IMG/VR virus record: IMGVR_UViG_2061766007_001347
Reading direction: 5' to 3' (one strand)
DNA: 52,533 nt
Source: an uncultured virus (IMG/VR IMGVR_UViG_2061766007_001347)
Taxonomy: Duplodnaviria; Heunggongvirae; Uroviricota; Caudoviricetes
Shown here: in pieces, positions 47,900-52,533 of the stretch
Layout: every line of letters begins with the position of its first letter
How positions within the stretch are numbered: the first letter of the stretch is position 1
Program-made: the position numbers and the translations under genes
Notes under the pieces: model-generated
The model's database searches: none
Seen by the model: the letters and a program-made list of their open reading frames with translations, nothing else
What the model was told of the DNA's origin: nothing

Positions 47900-48175
47900 C
47901 TATCTATACAGAGAACTAATGTTTTGTTCCTGCTTGCTTAGTAATGAACTAAGACGATCGGCGTATGAGCTGATTTTGTTAGCTGTAGACTTTAATGTCT
48001 GAAAGTGCTCTTTTGACATTGGAACAAGTCTAACAACATTGCCGTCTTCATCATTCTCATCTACGCAAAGATAGCTTGAAAGTCGATCAGCAAATTCAAT
48101 GTAAGTCTTAATAGTTGAGATTAAACTATCACACTCATTAAGAAAGTTGCAATAATCGTTACTTGATACTGTCAT
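47900..48175 (-). CDS. Hypothetical protein
   Basis: Start set at MTVSSND, downstream of AGGAG; internal repeat FADRLSS/YADRLSS. Confidence 0.55.
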   Translation of the reverse strand: MTVSSNDYCNFLNECDSLISTIKTYIEFADRLSSYLCVDENDEDGNVVRLVPMSKEHFQTLKSTANKISSYADRLSSLLSKQEQNISSLYR

Positions 48176-48256
48176 GTTCGTTTCTCCTATGTTGTTAGCA
48201 TCTAAGTTACATACACCACGCATGTACCATAAGACGCCACCAAATGAATAAACTAA

Positions 48257-48568
48257 TTATACACAGCCGCACCCACCAACAGAAGTAGTTGTAATAGAAC
48301 TACTCGCTGTGTTCTGTTCAAGATAAGAGTCAAATGAAATAAACTCTTGATCTGTGTATTTTGATAGATGAAGAGTGCCATCTTCATCAGCGGCTGATAA
48401 AGCAATAAACAAACCCCACTTGCCACATGGAGTTTTTAACAGAATGATATCACCCTTCTCAATCTCAGAAGCATCTGATTCAGCTGGTAATTTAAAGATC
48501 TTTGAATACTTTGCCTTATTGTCCAATAACACATGATTGGAATAGTCACGAGTATAGTCTAACGACAT
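48257..48568 (-). CDS. Hypothetical protein ending GGCGCV
   Basis: Start set at MSLDYTRD, downstream of GGAG. Confidence 0.55.
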   Translation of the reverse strand: MSLDYTRDYSNHVLLDNKAKYSKIFKLPAESDASEIEKGDIILLKTPCGKWGLFIALSAADEDGTLHLSKYTDQEFISFDSYLEQNTASSSITTTSVGGCGCV

Positions 48569-49308
48569 TTCACACTCCAATTAAAAGCTTTTATGAATAG
48601 TAGTCTTATGCTAAATATGAAGATCATTAGCAATTCATACAACGAATAATTATATGATATTGGAACTATGTAGTGATCATTCTTCATGTAGACAGCTGGT
48701 CTCGATGCTTCATATCTGATATCTGGTGTATCTAACTCTTCTGCCAAATATTCTTCAAAGAATCTAGACTGTATCTTGGCTGAACTATAAGACTTAACGT
48801 AGCATTGACAAGTTGAGTTACTAATCCCAAATGAAACATCTCTACATGGATAGATTATAAGCTTATCTTCCAAGCCAACATCAAACAGCAATGATATGAG
48901 ATCTTTAGCGAATGGAGCATCATCAAAATAATCAAGAAAGATAATCTTCTTATCTTGCAGTAATGTAATTAAAATCTCAACCAGTAGTCTGTCGTATGAG
49001 TCTAAGTCTGAAAAGTGAAGCCATAGTAGATGATTCTTGTCAAAGAAATTCAAGTACTCTGTGAACTTTTGTACATTCAGCCTTTTCTTTACATAACGGT
49101 AAATGTTAGCTTTAATGTTGTAGTCTCTTTTAATAAACGCTACAATCGACTCTGCTTTAATAACTTTGTCATTATTCACCAAATACTCGGTGTGCTTTAC
49201 TTTATATGAAAGATGACTTATGAAGTTATCGTCTGATGAAAACACTGACATGACATTCCTAGTTATAAGTCTAACGTCATAATCAGTGTCTATCAAATCA
49301 GCTATCAT
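48559..49308 (-). CDS. Hypothetical protein, possibly a degenerate ABC-ATPase-like fold, with hydrophobic C-terminus
   Basis: FSDLDSYDRLLVEILITLLQDKKIIFLD has the spacing of an ABC signature helix plus Walker B; no Walker A seen. Confidence 0.45.
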   Translation of the reverse strand: MIADLIDTDYDVRLITRNVMSVFSSDDNFISHLSYKVKHTEYLVNNDKVIKAESIVAFIKRDYNIKANIYRYVKKRLNVQKFTEYLNFFDKNHLLWLHFSDLDSYDRLLVEILITLLQDKKIIFLDYFDDAPFAKDLISLLFDVGLEDKLIIYPCRDVSFGISNSTCQCYVKSYSSAKIQSRFFEEYLAEELDTPDIRYEASRPAVYMKNDHYIVPISYNYSLYELLMIFIFSIRLLFIKAFNWSVKCR

Positions 49309-49310
49309 AA

Positions 49311-49739
49311 CTATTCACCATCGTCAACGAGAGCATCCCTAATTTCAGAAAGAGTATCAGCTGAAAGCGACTTCAACAAATTATAAATTTCATCAACACG
49401 AGCTGTATTATCGGTGTCAATAGCCTGCTTAGAAATCTGACTACAAATAGTCATGATCTCAGCCTGAGCTCTCTTCGCTTCTTTATAACGTGCATTCAGC
49501 TCTTTTATGTCAAGCTTCTGAACATCTACATTATAGAGTCTATCTTCAGCTTCTGAGATAAATTTGTTCAAGGTGTTGAGCCTTGTCAAAGAGGCTGCTG
49601 AAAAGTAACTAAGATATGCTGCAAGCTTTCGCGCCAATAAAGTTAGATTGTTACTAAGCTCAACAGGAATATCAGCTACTACTGCAGCATCGATGATGTC
49701 TCTTGCCTTATCATCTCTCTTCTTAAGTTCATTCTTCAT
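49311..49739 (-). CDS. Hypothetical all-helical/coiled-coil protein
   Basis: 142-aa ORF overlapping the stop of the upstream gene (ATGA coupling). Confidence 0.6.
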   Translation of the reverse strand: MKNELKKRDDKARDIIDAAVVADIPVELSNNLTLLARKLAAYLSYFSAASLTRLNTLNKFISEAEDRLYNVDVQKLDIKELNARYKEAKRAQAEIMTICSQISKQAIDTDNTARVDEIYNLLKSLSADTLSEIRDALVDDGE

Positions 49740-50617
49740 GGCTTCAATACATCCCTAGATTTAAGAATGCGGTCAATCACTACTGGAGTTTTATCATATT
49801 TGTTTGATAAATCTTCAACGCTCAAACCATCATCATGGTCTTCTAATATAGATAAATCTGTGAGAAGATTTTTAATATAGCTCGTTGACGGGATGTTAAA
49901 CTTATCTTCCTGAAAGACATCAAGGAATGGAAGGAACTTATCACCAAGAAGCTGATACAGTGTACTGAAATAATTCTGCCCAAGAGAAGCATCTAAACTT
50001 TTTGCTAAGTCTTCAATTTGATCTTCAGTGTAATCATCATATATTGAAATCAAGTCACATGGAGTCTTCATATTCTTAACCTCTGAATAAGCTTCCCAGT
50101 CTTTTACATCATCAAGTATGCCATCTTGTTTGCTATGAGAACCATTAGTCTTAAACAAATTCCAAGTACGTAAAGAAATTTCTCTGCATGCATCAATTGA
50201 ATCTATAGTGAGATCATTCATGTCAATCAAGTCGGACTTAATTTCAAATGACTTTGGATATACAACATGACGATCAAGAACTTCATCCTCTGTGCTAACC
50301 AGACGATTAGACCTAAATACAAAGTTTGAAACTGAATTTCTAATACGTGTGAATAAGATATTTCTTAAGTTGTTAGTCTCAGCATCAGAGTTGTTTACAG
50401 ATATCTTCTTGAAGAATGCTACACAGTCAGTTGTGGCTAATGAACATAGATCATCTTTACTGAAATGCTCAAGATATTTGTAAAAGTACTTGGTAATGAC
50501 TACGCTTGCTAATGTAGAAATATAGTCCCAACACTTCTGATTAGGAATTCCATCGGTTAAGAAATCACTTATTCGCGGTATTGGAGCGCTATTCGCTTCT
50601 GACTTTCGTCTTCCCAT
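49736..50617 (-). CDS. Putative transcription regulator: sigma region 2-like N-terminus plus Mor-like HTH C-terminus
   Basis: DDLCSLA...NLRNILFTRIRNSVSNFV, and LLGDKFLPFLDVFQEDKFNIPS...ILEDHDDGLSVEDLSNKYDKT..VIDRIL. Confidence 0.55.
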   Translation of the reverse strand: MGRRKSEANSAPIPRISDFLTDGIPNQKCWDYISTLASVVITKYFYKYLEHFSKDDLCSLATTDCVAFFKKISVNNSDAETNNLRNILFTRIRNSVSNFVFRSNRLVSTEDEVLDRHVVYPKSFEIKSDLIDMNDLTIDSIDACREISLRTWNLFKTNGSHSKQDGILDDVKDWEAYSEVKNMKTPCDLISIYDDYTEDQIEDLAKSLDASLGQNYFSTLYQLLGDKFLPFLDVFQEDKFNIPSTSYIKNLLTDLSILEDHDDGLSVEDLSNKYDKTPVVIDRILKSRDVLKP

Positions 50618-50676
50618 TATGTAAATCTCCTAAAAGTTAGTATGAAAAGCTTTACTTTTATATACACACATCGCTA

Positions 50677-51354
50677 TCAGAGATTAAGTAATGAGAACTT
50701 AATGTACGATAAACAACAGTCATATGTGAGCATATCCTTCTTGAGTAGGAAGTCAAGAACATCACCATAGTCTTTTAACTGTGTACCACACAAGTCTTGC
50801 GGAGGCTTCAATCTCTTAATATGAAAGTCCTTACCACTTCCAGAATGTTTCATGCATAGCTTATGAAATCCTTCTTCACCAGCTGTATCATTATCAAACG
50901 CGCAATAAACTGTACTGCTGGTCCCTTTTAGAAAGTTCATGCAGTCAACTGAAACAGAGACACCATTTGTAGCTATAACGTATGGATAGAAGTTCCTTAA
51001 AAAGTCTGAGTCTAATGCTGATTCAACAATCACCCAAGGCTTGTAGAACTTCTTCTCATTTACACCTGAGCCGTATGGAACATATTTGCATTCATTATAA
51101 TATCTAAACTGCTTACTTGTGATTGCACGAACGACTAACCCGACTACCTCATTTTCAATCATGTTAGGCATTACAATACACTTACCATTATCAGATACGA
51201 ATGACCTAAAATATGGATCGAATTGTTCATAGCGATATACATCATAACCAGTAATAAGCCTATATGGATTATTGAAGGCTAGTGAGTATGCTGCATATTT
51301 ATTGTATGGTTTATCGATCTGCGGAAGTGAATTGAAATACTCTGTGAGATTCAT
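50677..51354 (-). CDS. DNA primase catalytic (Toprim) subunit
   Basis: VVGLVVRAI, IVESALDS, IATNG, CAFDNDTAG, KDYGD. Confidence 0.82.
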   Translation of the reverse strand: MNLTEYFNSLPQIDKPYNKYAAYSLAFNNPYRLITGYDVYRYEQFDPYFRSFVSDNGKCIVMPNMIENEVVGLVVRAITSKQFRYYNECKYVPYGSGVNEKKFYKPWVIVESALDSDFLRNFYPYVIATNGVSVSVDCMNFLKGTSSTVYCAFDNDTAGEEGFHKLCMKHSGSGKDFHIKRLKPPQDLCGTQLKDYGDVLDFLLKKDMLTYDCCLSYIKFSLLNL

Positions 51355-51356
51355 AG

Positions 51357-52001
51357 TTAATCATCAATGTAATCAGAAGACTCTTTAAGTGTGAACTTAC
51401 CTTTTTCTACAAAGTAAGTTCTATCACTGTACTCCATGAACTTCGGGTCATGAGTAATAAGGACTATAGACAAACCAGTGTCGTTGCAGAGATCATGTAA
51501 AAATTCCATAAACTTAGGAATATACATCTTAGACAGCTGTGAAAACTGCTCATCCAAGAACATATAATTGGACACGTTTGGAAGATTGATGATGTAAAAG
51601 ATTTGAATGATTGATGCAATGACTACTAGAATACCACCAGCAATGTTGGAGTCTTTTACAGGGATGAGATTCCCATCATCATCCAAAAGGAGCTCAACAC
51701 ATTTGACATTTCGTTTTTCTATCACTCTGATCTTAATAGAATAATTTCTATCAAAGAAGATCTGCTTTAGACCAACTGTTAATAGGCTCTCAAGCTTCTT
51801 TAAAAGTGAATCAGAAAACTTGTTGATAAGATCATCAATAATTGGTTTGCACATCTTCAGAACGTTCTGATCATAACGCAAATCGTCAACTTTCAATGAT
51901 AACTCATCTATAGATTTCTGAGTACTATTTATTGAAGACTGGATCCCGCGATACTTTATAAGTAAGTTAGTGATTTCACTCTCAAATGCTTCGTTAATCA
52001 T
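51357..52001 (-). CDS. SbcC/Rad50/gp46-like ATPase, C-terminal half only
   Basis: Short coiled coil, signature-like IAGG, Walker B/D-loop MFLDEQFSQL and H-loop ITHD; no Walker A. Confidence 0.8.
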   Translation of the reverse strand: MINEAFESEITNLLIKYRGIQSSINSTQKSIDELSLKVDDLRYDQNVLKMCKPIIDDLINKFSDSLLKKLESLLTVGLKQIFFDRNYSIKIRVIEKRNVKCVELLLDDDGNLIPVKDSNIAGGILVVIASIIQIFYIINLPNVSNYMFLDEQFSQLSKMYIPKFMEFLHDLCNDTGLSIVLITHDPKFMEYSDRTYFVEKGKFTLKESSDYIDD

Positions 52002-52004
52002 ACT

Positions 52005-52157
52005 CTATTCGCTGTACACAAACGCTGTCTTGGAATCAACATTCACAAGAGCCTTTGCTGAACTCATGTCAATTATTCTTAAGCCAACCATGTAGCTAAT
52101 TTGGTAATCTGCATAGAATTGATCGTCAACTAACTGAGAATAACTAATGATAAACAT
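52005..52157 (-). CDS. Small 50-aa protein, not in the ORF track
   Basis: MFIISYSQLVDDQFYADYQISYMVGLRIIDMSSAKALVNVDSKTAFVYSE*, with a strong AGGAGGT RBS; ends 3 nt before the next start. Confidence 0.65.
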   Translation of the reverse strand: MFIISYSQLVDDQFYADYQISYMVGLRIIDMSSAKALVNVDSKTAFVYSE

Positions 52158-52533
52158 ATTATACCTCCTGAGGTTGAAAGAACTGACTATTCTTATCTAC
52201 ATCAGAACTGGTTAAAAGTTAATCATCTAATGCAGTCTCAAATATGTGATTAAATTCACTCTAGTGAATGCTCTTAAAAGATGAGTATTTATATGACTAT
52301 CACATAAATCACTCTAGAGCATATATCTGAATCACACTAATGATTGAACATCACGGAATTCTCAAAGGAAGATCAACTGGCTAATTGAAATGGCATGAAT
52401 CGTGTGTAAACACACGATGAATAATCATGACGGGAATCTCACCAAAGAGATTTTCGTTTGATTGAAGTTGGATGAACTAGTTCATCTTCTATTATTAGAA
52501 GTAGCAATATAGTTATTATTTATAAAATAAATA

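Noticed and set aside
49311..49739. Small terminase subunit
   Set aside because: Size and helical character fit, but there is no diagnostic motif and no large terminase gene nearby.
209..50483. Plus-strand ORFs of 61-120 aa and short nested minus-strand ORFs in the track
   Set aside because: They lie inside longer, well-supported minus-strand genes and look like antisense or off-frame shadows.
1..52533. Alternative genetic code (stop-codon reassignment, as in some large phages)
   Set aside because: Core genes are full length under code 11, coding density is high, and TAA, TAG and TGA all end genes at sensible operon junctions.
1..52533. CRISPR array, tRNA, rRNA, intron or intein
   Set aside because: No spaced direct repeats or cloverleaf seen in the intergenic regions; helicase, UvsX, portal and capsid have ordinary lengths with no visible insertions.

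Overview
This is an AT-rich segment of a large T4-like (myovirus-type) dsDNA phage genome. Every credible gene is on the minus strand, and the standard genetic code fits. Read in the direction of transcription (right to left), the window holds four blocks. (1) Replication/recombination/transcription genes: a half-SbcC ATPase, a Toprim primase, a sigma-like/Mor-like regulator, a DnaB-like helicase and UvsX/RecA. (2) An ankyrin plus Ig-like protein, the portal, an acidic core-type protein and a SWIM zinc-finger protein. (3) About 23 kb of paralogous tail-fibre/adhesin-like genes that share modules with each other. (4) The head/neck/tail core (prohead protease, major capsid, scaffold-like proteins, neck proteins, sheath-like protein, tube), followed by a phosphoesterase and a 5'-3' exonuclease. 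The main signals beyond the gene list are: a recurring LExR(L/I)xxLE plus xxNE|(S/A) head-targeting/maturation signature; a modular, possibly branched receptor-binding apparatus; a repeated 16-nt TATCWA-N6-ATAG promoter-like motif; a compact GC-rich three-hairpin candidate small RNA; a hairpin-dense non-coding region at the right end; and an assembly gap that probably splits one ~2150-aa tail fibre. All functional calls come from motif recognition by eye. No searches were run.
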